A stretch of 64,000 bases of DNA from Halorarum halobium. GTDB taxonomy: Archaea > Halobacteriota > Halobacteria > Halobacteriales > Haloferacaceae. The stretch is taken from NCBI RefSeq assembly GCF_032116555.1, contig NZ_CP134949.1:2232001-2296000 (forward strand), in the 5' to 3' direction. This document shows, piece after piece, positions 32,356 through 42,812 of the stretch. The notes under the pieces are model-generated. The model saw only the letters and a program-made list of their open reading frames with translations. It was not told the DNA's origin and did not search any database. Numbering within the stretch: the stretch's first letter is position 1; the number at the start of each line of letters is the position of its first letter. The position numbers and the translations under genes were made by a program.

Positions 32356-34617
32356 CTACTCGTCGGTGGTGTGAGTCCGCTCGTGGCCGAACGGCGTGTA
32401 CTCCGTGCCGCCGCCGTCGAAGAACTTCGAGAAGAACTCGTAGTACTCCAGCCGGACGGCCTGCAGGCCGGCGGAGGTGACCCCCAGCGCGAGCACCAGC
32501 AGGTGCCCGAACAGGAGGACGAGGATGCCGCCGACGAGCGCCGCGACGCCGCCGTGCATCAGTCCGCCGAACATGATCTCGGTCACCTCGTGCCCGTGGT
32601 ACGTCGAGCCGACCTCGGGCATCCCCGAGAGCGCGAAGTGCCACTGGGCCTCCTCGCCGTGCCCGGTGACGTAGACGCCGAAGAACAGGAGGTTGACGAC
32701 GAACGCCATCCCCGCCTTCGCCAGCAGCACCGCGGCGAGCCGGATGTACGAGAGCCCGTTGACGAGCGACAGCAGGAACAGGGCCTCGATGGCCTCGCCG
32801 TAGTCGCCCGACGCCCAGATGAGCACGAGCCCGAGGAAGAACGCGCCGAGGCCGATCTGCCCCACGAGCGGGGAGAACCCGGCGAAGCCGAGCGGGAGCG
32901 GCTCCCCGTTGAACACGTAGAACAGGAACTCCGGCTTCTTCCCGGCCAGGAAGTTGCTCAGCACGAACACCCACAGCCCGTTGAGCATCAGGATCCACGA
33001 GCCGCTCTCGAGGATCGCGTCCTTCAGGCCGTGGAACTCGTAGTCCTCGAGGAAGCTGAACACGTAGCCCACGTCGAGGTGGACCACGCCCGCGAGCACT
33101 GCGACGACGAGCCACGTCTCAGCCCAGTTGGAGTAGTACGGCTGGAGCCCCTTGTGGAGCGGCGCGCTCCCGAAGCCGAGGAGGCCCTCCCAGAAGTGCG
33201 TCGCGATCAGGTGCAGCCCGAACAGTTCGCCGTAGAGCACGCCGAACAGCATCGTGAACAGCCCCGCCGCGATGGTGACGCCGCCCATGCTCTTGAACGC
33301 CGGCGACTCGAAGTTGCTGTAGAGGAAGTAGCCGATGAGCGAGTAGAGGATCCCGTAGCCGAGGTCGCCGATCATGAACCCGAAGAACGCCGGGAACGTC
33401 AGGAAGAGGATCACGGTCGGGTCGAACTCGGTGTACTTCGGACGACCGACCGCCTTCACCAGCACCTCGAACGGGTTGACGATGCCGGGGTTGTTCTGCA
33501 CGACCGGCGGCTGGTCGTCGCGCATGACGACCGGGCCGCCGGAGCCGTCCGCGACCGCGCGCTTGGGCTCTTCTTCCGCGGCCTCCGACTCGTCGTCCTC
33601 CCCGTCGACCGTCTCCCGCTCCGAGACGCCCGCCGGGACGTCCTCGCGGAGCTTCACCTCGCCGTTGGAGCCGAACGCCGCGCGTTCGAGCTCCTCGACC
33701 TCGGCGTGGCTGCCCACCGCGTCCTGGATCACGCTCGCGAACTCGGTGTAGCGGTCGCTCGGGATCCAGCCCTCGGCGACGAAGGCGTTGTCGGTCGTCG
33801 CGAACGAGAGCGGCGCTTCCGTCTTCTGGACCTCGATGGACAGCCGCTCCTCGGCGGCCAGCAGGAACGCCGCGGCGTCCTGCTTTTCGGCCTCGAGGTC
33901 GTCCTCGACCTGGTCGAGCTCCGATTCGAGCTCCCGTTTCCGGGCCTCGAGGTCGTCGAGGTGTGCGGTCGGGCTGACGCGGTCCCCCTCGACGGTCGGC
34001 ACCTCGACGGCGGTGAACTCCGCGCTCACCAGCGCGTCCGTCAGCGCGTCCTCGTCGCCGGAGGGCTCGGGGCGAGCCAGGACGGCGAGCGTCCCGTCCT
34101 CGCCCTCGTAGAGCTCGTACTCGCCGAGCGTGTCGGCGTCGAGCAGGGCGCGCTCGACCGCCTCACGGTCGCCCTCGCCGACGGCGACCTGCAGCGTGTC
34201 GTACCCCTGCAGCAGGTCGAGGTCGATGTCGAGGTCGGCGAACGGGCCCACCGCGTCGATCCGCTCCTCGAGGTCGCGGATCTCGCCGCGGAGGTCGTCG
34301 CGCCGGTCGTCGAGCGCGTTCACGCGCTCGCGGATCGATTCGAGTTCCGCCTCGAGTTCGTCGTCGTCGAGCACCCGGGCGGGACCGCCGTCGTCCTCGT
34401 CCACGTCGAGCATCGACTCGATGGAGCGGACGGTGACGAGTTTGTCCGCGGCGTCCTCGGCCCCCTCGGTGGGCGTGCCCGGCCGGAACCCCGACCAGGA
34501 GTCGTCGTAGTCGGTGACGTGCAGGAGGTTCAGGTCGTGGACCGCCTCGACGACGGACTCCATGACGCCCTTGGAGCCCGTCACCGAGACCTTGCTCATT
34601 CGTTCAGGTCTGAGCAT
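32356..34617 (-). CDS. atpI: A-type ATP synthase subunit I (a)
   Basis: MLRPERMSK, GFMIGDLGYG, LSYIRL, RLEYYEFFSKF. Confidence 0.97.
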   Translation of the reverse strand: MLRPERMSKVSVTGSKGVMESVVEAVHDLNLLHVTDYDDSWSGFRPGTPTEGAEDAADKLVTVRSIESMLDVDEDDGGPARVLDDDELEAELESIRERVNALDDRRDDLRGEIRDLEERIDAVGPFADLDIDLDLLQGYDTLQVAVGEGDREAVERALLDADTLGEYELYEGEDGTLAVLARPEPSGDEDALTDALVSAEFTAVEVPTVEGDRVSPTAHLDDLEARKRELESELDQVEDDLEAEKQDAAAFLLAAEERLSIEVQKTEAPLSFATTDNAFVAEGWIPSDRYTEFASVIQDAVGSHAEVEELERAAFGSNGEVKLREDVPAGVSERETVDGEDDESEAAEEEPKRAVADGSGGPVVMRDDQPPVVQNNPGIVNPFEVLVKAVGRPKYTEFDPTVILFLTFPAFFGFMIGDLGYGILYSLIGYFLYSNFESPAFKSMGGVTIAAGLFTMLFGVLYGELFGLHLIATHFWEGLLGFGSAPLHKGLQPYYSNWAETWLVVAVLAGVVHLDVGYVFSFLEDYEFHGLKDAILESGSWILMLNGLWVFVLSNFLAGKKPEFLFYVFNGEPLPLGFAGFSPLVGQIGLGAFFLGLVLIWASGDYGEAIEALFLLSLVNGLSYIRLAAVLLAKAGMAFVVNLLFFGVYVTGHGEEAQWHFALSGMPEVGSTYHGHEVTEIMFGGLMHGGVAALVGGILVLLFGHLLVLALGVTSAGLQAVRLEYYEFFSKFFDGGGTEYTPFGHERTHTTDE

Positions 34618-34936
34618 GTACCGCCTCCTCGAACCGTGTCACCGCGAACTCGACCGCCTCCTCGGTGCGCTCCTCGGCCTCCTCGACGAGCCGCCGCCGC
34701 TCGTCGCGGCCCTCATCGAGGACGTCCTCGCGCTCCTGTTCGATCTCCTCGCGGGCGGCCGCCAGCCGGTCTTCCTCCAGCTCGGCGGCCTCCTGCTCGG
34801 CCTCGGAGACGATCTCGTCGGCCCGCTCCCGGGCCGCCGTGAGTCGCTCCTCCCGATCCGCCTCCGCCTCGGCCACGATATCCTCGGCGTCGGCTTCGGC
34901 CTCTTTTACGCGTTCGAGAACTTCGGGTCTCGGCAT
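34604..34936 (-). CDS. atpH: A-type ATP synthase subunit H
   Basis: MPRPEVLERVKEAE coiled coil; first gene of the operon. Confidence 0.93.
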   Translation of the reverse strand: MPRPEVLERVKEAEADAEDIVAEAEADREERLTAARERADEIVSEAEQEAAELEEDRLAAAREEIEQEREDVLDEGRDERRRLVEEAEERTEEAVEFAVTRFEEAVHAQT

Positions 34937-34970
34937 GGGTAATCGTCGGTTGGGACTTGTACGACCTCCG

Positions 34971-34976
34971 TATAAG
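34971..34976 (-). promoter_or_regulatory. Putative TATA box of the atp operon
   Basis: CTTATA on the minus strand about 35 nt upstream of atpH. Confidence 0.5.
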
Positions 34977-35193
34977 GCGTTTGCGGAACCGCGTTGCGGC
35001 GGCCCGAACCCTGGGCTCGGTCAGCGGTCGGTTTCGGGGGCGCTCGGCTCCTGGATTAATTCGGTCGTCGCGTCGACCGAACTAGTACGCGAGTCCAGAC
35101 CCGCACCGAATCTCGAGGACAGTGCCGCGAGGAGTCCGAACACGCCCGATGGAAACCGAAGCAACAAAACGCAGTTGCGGAGACAGGTCGACC

Positions 35194-35733
35194 ATGCTCG
35201 AACTCGTCGCGGGCGCGCTCTGGGCGATGCTGCCCGCGTACGTCCCCAACAACGCCGCCGTGCTCGCGGGCGGGGGGCGACCCATCGACGGGGGCCGGAC
35301 GTGGGGCGGCCGCCGGCTGCTCGGCGACGGGAAGACGTGGCGCGGCACCGCCGTCGGCGTCGTCGCCGGCGTCGCGCTCGCGCTCGTGCTCGACGCGATC
35401 GTCGCGCCCGTCGGCGACGCGCTGGGCATCACGCTCCCGGGGTTCCCGCTCGCTGCGGCCGTCGGGCTCGCGCTCGGCGCGATGCTCGGCGACGTCGCCG
35501 CGTCGTTCCTCAAGCGCCGGACCGGCCGCGACCGGGGGGCCTCGTTCCCGATGCTCGACCAGCTCGACTTCGTCGTCGGGGCGCTCGCGCTCGCCGCGCT
35601 CGTCGCTCCCGCGTGGTTCGGCGCGACGTTCTCGCCCGCGCGCATCGCGGTGGTCGTCGTCGTGACGCCGCTGCTCCACGTCGGCACGAACGCGATCGCG
35701 TACGCGGCGGGGCTGAAAGCCGAGCCGTGGTGA
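35194..35733 (+). CDS. carS: CDP-archaeol synthase
   Basis: [38 protein letters not shown]. Confidence 0.93.
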   Translation: MLELVAGALWAMLPAYVPNNAAVLAGGGRPIDGGRTWGGRRLLGDGKTWRGTAVGVVAGVALALVLDAIVAPVGDALGITLPGFPLAAAVGLALGAMLGDVAASFLKRRTGRDRGASFPMLDQLDFVVGALALAALVAPAWFGATFSPARIAVVVVVTPLLHVGTNAIAYAAGLKAEPW

Positions 35734-35851
35734 GACGCGAACGCGCCGGACGACCGGGCGCGTAGTGCGCCGACGGGACGGCCGCCACCCCGTTCTCAGC
35801 GCTGATTTTCGGGCCGACGAGTTTTAGCCTCCGCCCGGACCCCGTCCGCAC

Positions 35852-36352
35852 ATGGTATCGGTGAGCCGATCCCCCGAAGCGGAGGACGACGACACGGAGG
35901 GTCGCACGCTCCGCGGCAGGACGCGTGCCAACCTCCCGATCCTCGCGCTCGGGTTCATGCTCGCCTCGGCGGTCAGCGTGGCCGCCATCGGGGGCGCGGT
36001 CGCGACGGGCGTCGGCGAGTCCTCGTTCGACGGCCCGACGGGGTTCACCTTCTCGGTCGACCGGAGCGGCGACACGCCCGCGATCGTCATCAGTCACGAC
36101 AACGGGACGGTCCCCCACTCCGACCGCGTCTACGTCGTCGACGAAGCCGGAACCGAAGTGCCCTGGACCGACCTCCGACGCGACGCCGGGAGCGCGAAGG
36201 TGACCGGCGACAGCGCGCTCGCCTGCCCGCGACAGGGAGCGACGCTCACGGTCGTCTTCCACAACAAGCGGACCGTGGAGACGATCGACAGCTACGAGGT
36301 GTCCGCTCCGATTCCCGCGAGCGTCGTGGAGCGGTGTGAGGCGGCGGGCTGA
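35852..36352 (+). CDS. Hypothetical membrane-anchored protein, divergent pilin-like
   Basis: Basic stretch followed by a hydrophobic helix; ISHDNG...DRVYV resembles the archaeal pilin globular domain. Confidence 0.6.
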   Translation: MVSVSRSPEAEDDDTEGRTLRGRTRANLPILALGFMLASAVSVAAIGGAVATGVGESSFDGPTGFTFSVDRSGDTPAIVISHDNGTVPHSDRVYVVDEAGTEVPWTDLRRDAGSAKVTGDSALACPRQGATLTVVFHNKRTVETIDSYEVSAPIPASVVERCEAAG

Positions 36353-36482
36353 ACTGACGCGACGGCGGGAACGGCGATCGGACGTCGGGAAGCGCTCCGC
36401 TGCCGTCGTTCTCGGTGATTCGTCCGAACGGGTCGCGGTCGAGACCGGCACCTTTTCGCCCGTCCCAGCCCCCGATTTCCCC

Positions 36483-37019
36483 ATGACGACCACCGACACG
36501 TCGGCCCTGCTCGCCGCGCTGCGGGACGCCGACGCGGTGCTGTTCGGCAAGTTCGAACTCTCCCACGGCGGCACCAGCGACTACTACGTGGACAAGTACC
36601 GGTTCGAGACCGACCCCGCGTGTCTCGAACGCATCGCTCGGGCGTTCGCCGAACGCGTCGAGGGGACGAAACTCGCGGGCGTCGCACTCGGGGGCGTCCC
36701 GCTGGCGGCGGCGACGGCCGTCGAGACCGGGCTCCCGTACGTCATCGCGCGCAAGGCCACGAAGGAGTACGGCACCGGCAACCGCATCGAGGGCGAACTG
36801 GCCGAGGGCGAGGAGGTCGTCGTCGTCGAGGACATCGCCACGACCGGCCGGTCGGCGGTGGACGCCGTCGAGGCGCTCCGCGAGGCGGGCGCGACGGTGA
36901 ACCGCGTGCTCGTCGTCGTCGACCGCGAGGAGGACGCGACCGAACTGCTCGCGGACCACGGCGTCGAACTCGACGCACTGCTCACCGCGTCCGAACTGCT
37001 TGCTGACGCGGACGAGTAG
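36483..37019 (+). CDS. pyrE: Orotate phosphoribosyltransferase
   Basis: [37 protein letters not shown]. Confidence 0.95.
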   Translation: MTTTDTSALLAALRDADAVLFGKFELSHGGTSDYYVDKYRFETDPACLERIARAFAERVEGTKLAGVALGGVPLAAATAVETGLPYVIARKATKEYGTGNRIEGELAEGEEVVVVEDIATTGRSAVDAVEALREAGATVNRVLVVVDREEDATELLADHGVELDALLTASELLADADE

Positions 37020-37248
37020 CAGGGCGCGTTCAGGCACCGGCTCGGTGCCAGCCGCCGCGTTCGCCGTCGACGGATCGATGCCGGACAGCGCGTCTTCTTC
37101 CGGTCGATTCCCGGCCCGGCCGTTCGTCGCTCGAACCGTCGCTGCCGGGTCGAGGGTCGTCGTCGCACCGCCGCCCCGGACCGGCCGGATACGCCCTCGT
37201 GGGCATCACCCTCGTGATCATGTACCACCATCCGCGATTCGAAGTGTT

Positions 37249-37281
37249 CATACTTGCACGAACGAGCATACATGCATGAAC
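37249..37281 (+). promoter_or_regulatory. Tandem 15-bp repeat overlapping the start codon; candidate operator
   Basis: CATACTTGCACGAAC (37249-37263) and CATACATGCATGAAC (37267-37281), 13/15 identical. Confidence 0.5.
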
Positions 37282-37989
37282 CGAGCCGAGAAGGCCGCCC
37301 TGCAGTTGCAGGCGGTCACCGTCCTGCGGACGCTGAAGGAGACGCGGACCTACGAGCAGCTCGCCGAGGTGACGGGCCTCCCCGCCGGCGACCTGAACCG
37401 CTACGTCAACGGACACGTCCTGCCGGGCGCCGAACGGGCACAGGAGGTCGTGGGCGGCATCGGGCACGAGACGCTCGCCGAGGAGCTTGAAACCCGCGTG
37501 AGCTTCGACGACGAGGGGTACGTGGACAACTCCGCGGTCGTCTTCGACCAGCCGTTCCTCGACCTGGTGGCGCCGGTCGCCGCGGAGTCGCTGTCGTTCG
37601 AGACGCCCGACGTCGTCCTCACCGCCGCGACCGACGGCATCACCCTCGGCGCGGCGATGGCCTCCCACTTCGACGCCCGCCTCGCGTACGCGAAGAAGTC
37701 GAAGGAGACCGCGGTCGAGGAGTTCATCGAGTCCCGCCAGCGGCTCGCCTCCGGCATCGAACTCACCTACTACCTGCCGGCGGGCGCGCTCGACGCCGGC
37801 GAGCGGGTGCTCGTCGTCGACGACCTCATCCGCTCGGGCGAGACGCAGGAACTCCTCCTCGACATCGCGGCGCAGGCGGACGCCGACGTGACGGGCGTCT
37901 TCGCGCTCATCGCCGTCGGCGAGGAGGGGACCGACCGGGCCGCCGCGATGACCGACGCGCCGGTCGGCGCGCTCACGACGTTCGAGTGA
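37276..37989 (+). CDS. HTH-phosphoribosyltransferase fusion (PurR-like/purine PRTase family)
   Basis: N-terminal HTH TYEQLAEVTGLPAGDLNRYVNG; PRPP loop VVDDLIRSGET. Confidence 0.88.
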   Translation: MNRAEKAALQLQAVTVLRTLKETRTYEQLAEVTGLPAGDLNRYVNGHVLPGAERAQEVVGGIGHETLAEELETRVSFDDEGYVDNSAVVFDQPFLDLVAPVAAESLSFETPDVVLTAATDGITLGAAMASHFDARLAYAKKSKETAVEEFIESRQRLASGIELTYYLPAGALDAGERVLVVDDLIRSGETQELLLDIAAQADADVTGVFALIAVGEEGTDRAAAMTDAPVGALTTFE

Positions 37990-38132
37990 GTCCGATCCCG
38001 TCCGGTTGACGCGAGGCGCGGTCCGGCTCGGCGAATTGTATGCACGAAGGTGCCTTCTCTTACCGATTTCTCCCGTTATGGCCTCCCGAATTATCCACTA
38101 CTGTGCATGGGTGGGTACAATATTCCTAAACG

Positions 38133-38138
38133 TTTAAG
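38133..38138 (+). promoter_or_regulatory. Putative TATA box of the NCS2 permease
   Basis: TTTAAG about 24-29 nt upstream of ATG 38162, preceded by AAA (BRE-like). Confidence 0.55.
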
Positions 38139-38161
38139 ATGGGTGTGCACAAGCGTGCGGT

Positions 38162-39604
38162 ATGGGGTTAACTGACTCGCTGTCGCAGTACTTCGAGTTC
38201 GGGGAGCACGACACCGACCTCCGCACCGAGGTCGTGGCCGGGATAACGACGTTCCTGACGATGAGCTACATCGTGGTCGTGAACCCGAGCATTCTCGCGG
38301 GGGCCATCTCGGTCCAGGGGCGGACGGCAGACCAGACCGTCCAGATGCTCGCCGTGGTGACGCTCATCTCGGCGGCAGTGGCCACGTTCGTCATGGCGCT
38401 GTACGCGAACCGGCCGTTCGGACAGGCTCCCGGGCTCGGCCTCAACGCGTTCTTCGCGTTCACGGTCGTGCTCGGGCTCGGCATCCCGTGGCAGACGGCG
38501 CTCGCGGCCGTGGTCGTCGAGGGGATCGTCTTCATGATCCTCACGGCCGCGGGGGCCAGAGAGTACATCATCAGGCTGTTCCCGGAGCCGGTGAAGTTCG
38601 CGGTCGGCGGCGGGATCGGCCTGTTCCTCGCCATCATCGGCCTCGAGGCGATGCGGGTCACCGTCGACGACCCGGCGACGTACATCCAGTTCTCGCCGGT
38701 GTTCGCACAGGACCCGGTCGCGGTCGTCTCGGTCGTCGGGCTGTTCGTCACGTTCATGCTGTACGCCCGGGGCGTGCCCGGCAGCATCATCATCGGCATC
38801 GTCGGGACGAGCGCCCTCGGCGGACTCGTCTCGATGCTCGGCTACTCGCCGTATCCGGCGGGCGAACTCCCCGACGGGAGCATCCTCCCCGCTGCGTCGC
38901 TCGCGCCGTCGCTCGACTCGCTCACCTACTCGGCGGCGGGCTACGACATCACGCCGCTGGCGGGCGCGTTCGTCTCCGGACTGACGAACGTCGACGCGTT
39001 CGCGTTCTCGCTCATCGTGTTCACGTTCTTCTTCGTGGACTTCTTCGACACGGCGGGCACGCTCACGGGCGTCTCGCAGGTCGCCGGCTTCCTCGACGAG
39101 GACGGCAACCTCCCCGACATCGACCGGCCGCTGATGGCCGACGCCATCGGCACGACCGTCGGGGGGATGCTCGGCACCTCGACGGTGACGACGTACATCG
39201 AGTCCGCGTCCGGCGTCGAGGAGGGCGGCCGGACGGGAATGACCGCGCTGGTCGTGGCGATCCTGTTCGTCGCCTCGCTCGCGGTCGTCCCGCTCGCGGC
39301 CGCGATTCCCCAGTACGCCAGCCACATCGCGCTGGTCGTCATCGCGGTGCTGATGCTCCGCAACCTGGTCGACATCGACTGGGCGGACTACACCAACGCG
39401 GTCCCGGCCGGCCTCACCGTGCTCGTCATGCCGTTCACCTACTCCATCGCGTACGGCATCGCCGCGGGCATCATCGCGTACCCGCTCGTGAAGCTCGCGG
39501 CGGGACGAACCGACGAGGTGCGGGCGGGCCACTGGGTGCTCGCGGGCGCGTTCGTCCTGTACTTCTTCGTCCGGACCGGCGGCGTCCTCGCGTCCGCGGT
39601 CTGA
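38162..39604 (+). CDS. NCS2/AzgA-family purine permease
   Basis: TTFLTMSYI, APGLGLNAFF, DFFDTAGT, YIESASGV, GGRTG, PFTYSIAYG. Confidence 0.95.
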   Translation: MGLTDSLSQYFEFGEHDTDLRTEVVAGITTFLTMSYIVVVNPSILAGAISVQGRTADQTVQMLAVVTLISAAVATFVMALYANRPFGQAPGLGLNAFFAFTVVLGLGIPWQTALAAVVVEGIVFMILTAAGAREYIIRLFPEPVKFAVGGGIGLFLAIIGLEAMRVTVDDPATYIQFSPVFAQDPVAVVSVVGLFVTFMLYARGVPGSIIIGIVGTSALGGLVSMLGYSPYPAGELPDGSILPAASLAPSLDSLTYSAAGYDITPLAGAFVSGLTNVDAFAFSLIVFTFFFVDFFDTAGTLTGVSQVAGFLDEDGNLPDIDRPLMADAIGTTVGGMLGTSTVTTYIESASGVEEGGRTGMTALVVAILFVASLAVVPLAAAIPQYASHIALVVIAVLMLRNLVDIDWADYTNAVPAGLTVLVMPFTYSIAYGIAAGIIAYPLVKLAAGRTDEVRAGHWVLAGAFVLYFFVRTGGVLASAV

Positions 39605-39717
39605 TCGTCGCCCGGCCGACGGCCCCCCGTCCACCACAGCGCTCGTTCGACCGCGATCCACCGCCGGCCGGCCGGCAAGCACAAGAGTTTCATCCGGCGA
39701 CGGTCCTTCGAAAAACG

Positions 39718-41136
39718 ATGGACATCTCGTCGGTCCCTCGTCGCCGCGTCGTGCGTTCTCTCGCCCTCCTCTGTGTTCTCGCGCTGTTCGTCCCGGCACT
39801 CGGACAGGCGCTCGTGCCACAGGAGACGGGGACGCCCGGAACCGTCGGCCTCGAGAACGGCACCATCCAGTCGCCCGCCAACGGCTCGACCGTCGTCGGC
39901 ATCCAGGGGTTCCACTTCCGCGGCCAGGGCTCGACGAAAAAGCCCGCCCGCGTCGTCTCGGTCGGCCCGAACGGCTCGACCGAGTGGGTGTACGGCGGGA
40001 GCAGTCGCGGGGCGACCTGGTTCTACGACGTCGACCCGCTGGCGAACGGAAACCTCCTGATCGTCTCGACCGACGCCGACGGCACCACCGTGTTCGAGAT
40101 GGACCCGGAGACGCGGGACCGGGTCTGGGAGGAGCGCTTCGACATCCACGACACCCACGACGTCCAGAAGCTCCCGAACGGCGACCTGCTCGTCGCCAAC
40201 ATGCGACAGTGGAACGAGTCGACCGGCCGCTCGGACGACCGCGTGTTCGTCTACAACCGCTCGACCGACGAGATCGACTGGGAGTGGACGTTCCGGAACC
40301 ACTACCCCGAATCGACCGACGGCGGCTACAGCCAGGACTGGACGCACGTCAACGACGTGGAGCGCATCGCCGAGGGACAGTACCTCGTCTCGCCGCGCAA
40401 CTTCGACCAGGCGATCGTCATCAACCGCTCAACGAAGGAGATCGACTACCGGCTGGGCTCGGACGGCGACCACGACACCCTGAACGAGCAGCACAACCCC
40501 GACTGGCTCGTCAGCGAGGACGGCAACCCCGTCATCCTCGTGGCCGACTCCGAGAACGACCGCGTCGTCGAGTACGAGAGGCGCGACGGCGAGTGGGAAC
40601 TCGTCTGGGAGCTGGGCACCGATCAACTCTCCTGGCCGCGCGACGCCGACAGGCTCCCGAACGGGAACACGCTCATCACCGACTCGCTGAACCACCGCGT
40701 CATCGAGGTGACGCCGCGCGGGGAGATCGTCTGGGAGTACTACGCCACCTGGGGGCCCTACGACGCCGAGCGGGTCGCCCACGGCGGCGGGTCGAACGGC
40801 CCGACGATGTCCGACCAGGGCGTCGCCGGGAGCTATCGCATCTACGGCAGCGCGGGGCTCATCGCCGGCACGGGCGACTCGATGACGTTCGCGGCGACGG
40901 TCCAGAACACGTTCGCCGGCACGCCGCTCTCGGGGGTCGCCACCGAGTTCGCGAACCTGTGGGCGGGCGTGACCCCCTGGATTCGACCGGTGTGGATGGG
41001 TCCCTGGGCGTTCGCCTGGGCCGTGCTGGGCGTGCTGACGTTGCTCGGCTGGGGGCTCGCGGAACTCGTGTTCGCCCGGGAGCGGGTGGTTGCGACCGTT
41101 CGCCGTGTCGGCGGGCGCGTCGCCGAGTTGTCCTGA
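39718..41136 (+). CDS. Arylsulfotransferase (ASST)-like secreted/membrane-anchored beta-propeller protein
   Basis: Signal peptide, THDV, WTHVNDV, QHNPD, WPRDADRLPNGNTLI, C-terminal TM. Confidence 0.85.
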   Translation: MDISSVPRRRVVRSLALLCVLALFVPALGQALVPQETGTPGTVGLENGTIQSPANGSTVVGIQGFHFRGQGSTKKPARVVSVGPNGSTEWVYGGSSRGATWFYDVDPLANGNLLIVSTDADGTTVFEMDPETRDRVWEERFDIHDTHDVQKLPNGDLLVANMRQWNESTGRSDDRVFVYNRSTDEIDWEWTFRNHYPESTDGGYSQDWTHVNDVERIAEGQYLVSPRNFDQAIVINRSTKEIDYRLGSDGDHDTLNEQHNPDWLVSEDGNPVILVADSENDRVVEYERRDGEWELVWELGTDQLSWPRDADRLPNGNTLITDSLNHRVIEVTPRGEIVWEYYATWGPYDAERVAHGGGSNGPTMSDQGVAGSYRIYGSAGLIAGTGDSMTFAATVQNTFAGTPLSGVATEFANLWAGVTPWIRPVWMGPWAFAWAVLGVLTLLGWGLAELVFARERVVATVRRVGGRVAELS

Positions 41137-41320
41137 AAACCGTAGGGCATCCGGCGAGCGCTTCCGGGTGCGACCCGGTTCCGTCGTTGCGTCGACTACT
41201 TCGAAACGGGGGCGGGACTGGTCCTGACGCCAAGGATGGACGGACTTCCGGGGAGCCTCCGCTCGGGACACGGCCACTTACGACCAGAAATCCACGGCCG
41301 AACCGACTACCCCACCTGAC

Positions 41321-42667
41321 TCACACCAGCGAAGCGCCGTCGAACTCCGTCCGGGCGTAGTCGACCCCCATCAGGTCGAGGATCGTCGGCGCGATGTCGA
41401 GCAGGTCGGCGTCGGCGATCGTCGCCTCCCGGTCGTCGACGAACAGCGTCGCGTTCTCGAAGCTGTGCATCCCGTTTCGCGGTCCCGTCGAGAACACGCC
41501 GTCGTCGTGGGCCTTGAACTTCGACTTGAGGTCGAAGCCGTGGTTCGGGATGACGACGAGATCAGGGGCGATGTCGTCGTGCTCGCCGCGGAACGCCGCC
41601 TCCTTCTCGACGACGCGGGCGGCGACCTTCGTGCCGTCCGGCCCCTCGAGCGACTCGATGTCCGCCTTCAGTTCGTCGCGCACGTCCTCGTAGTCGGACT
41701 GGGGCACCGAGCCGCGCGGTTCGCGCCCCTCCAGGTTGATGTAGAACCGGCCGGGGATGAGCGAGTAGGCCCGCGCGTCGTCCGCGATGTCGTCGAGGCT
41801 GTCGTGGTCGTCGTCCTCGAAGGAGAGCCACCCCTCGTCCTGGAGCCACCGGTTGAGTTCGACCTCGTAGTTCTGGACCGTGAACCCGTGGTCTGAGGCG
41901 ACGACGAGCGTCACGTCGTCGGCCAGTTGCTCGCGGATCTTCCCGATATAGTCGTCGATCTTCCGGTAGAACTCCACGAACTCGTCGTGGTAGCGCCCGT
42001 CCTCCGCGTAGTCATTGAACAGGAAGTGGTTCACGCGGTCGGTCGTCATGAACACGCCGAAGAACAGGTCCCAGTCGTCCTCCTCGATGAAGTGGGAGAA
42101 CGCCTCGTACCGCGCGTCGACGGTCTCGTGGGCGTTCTCGATGAACTCGGACTTGTCCTCCTTGTGCCCGAGCTTGGGGTTCGTGTCGATGCGGTAGTCG
42201 GTGCCCTCGAGGTACTCCCGGAGCTCGTCGGGGTAGGACGCCTTGTCGACGTCCGGCGAGAGGAAGCCCGAGACCATCCGCTGGACGTTGCGCTGGGGCG
42301 GGAACGTCACGGGCACGTTCATCACCGTGGCGTCGAGTCCCTCCTCCGCGACCCGGTCCCAGAGGCGAGTGGCCTGCACGTCCCGACCCATCGGGACGTA
42401 CGTGTCGTACGAGCCGACCTCGCGGTCCTGGAAGCCGTACACGCCCGTCTCACCGGGGTTGACCCCGGTCGTCAGTGCTGGCCAGCAGGCGGACGACTCC
42501 GGCGGCACGATGGAGTCGATGTCGCCGCCGGCACCCTCCCTCGCCAGCGCGGCGAAGTTGGGAAACTCCTCCGGGTGGTCATCGAGCAGCGAGTACGGCA
42601 CCCCGTCGATGCCGATGAACGCGACGCGCGGGTTGTCGTCCCCCCGCAGCCGGTCGAACAGTCCCAT
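41321..42667 (-). CDS. Alkaline phosphatase superfamily protein (phosphodiesterase/nucleotide pyrophosphatase type)
   Basis: IGIDG, PPESSACW, TGVNPG, DRVNH, SDHGF, GMH, DIAPTIL. Confidence 0.9.
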   Translation of the reverse strand: MGLFDRLRGDDNPRVAFIGIDGVPYSLLDDHPEEFPNFAALAREGAGGDIDSIVPPESSACWPALTTGVNPGETGVYGFQDREVGSYDTYVPMGRDVQATRLWDRVAEEGLDATVMNVPVTFPPQRNVQRMVSGFLSPDVDKASYPDELREYLEGTDYRIDTNPKLGHKEDKSEFIENAHETVDARYEAFSHFIEEDDWDLFFGVFMTTDRVNHFLFNDYAEDGRYHDEFVEFYRKIDDYIGKIREQLADDVTLVVASDHGFTVQNYEVELNRWLQDEGWLSFEDDDHDSLDDIADDARAYSLIPGRFYINLEGREPRGSVPQSDYEDVRDELKADIESLEGPDGTKVAARVVEKEAAFRGEHDDIAPDLVVIPNHGFDLKSKFKAHDDGVFSTGPRNGMHSFENATLFVDDREATIADADLLDIAPTILDLMGVDYARTEFDGASLV

Positions 42668-42812
42668 ACTCCCCGCGTCACCCCCGACGAATAAAGTCCT
42701 TCAGGTTCGATGCGAAGTTAGACGCCGTATAGTACTGTTGAACCCCCTGGCCGGCGAACCGAACCGGCTGGTACCCCCAACCGTTTAGCGACCCGAGTGC
42801 GACCCGCCGACC

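Noticed and set aside
42668..42812. GGTTCGAT in the spacer as a possible tRNA
   Set aside because: No acceptor, D or anticodon stems; more likely a divergent promoter region
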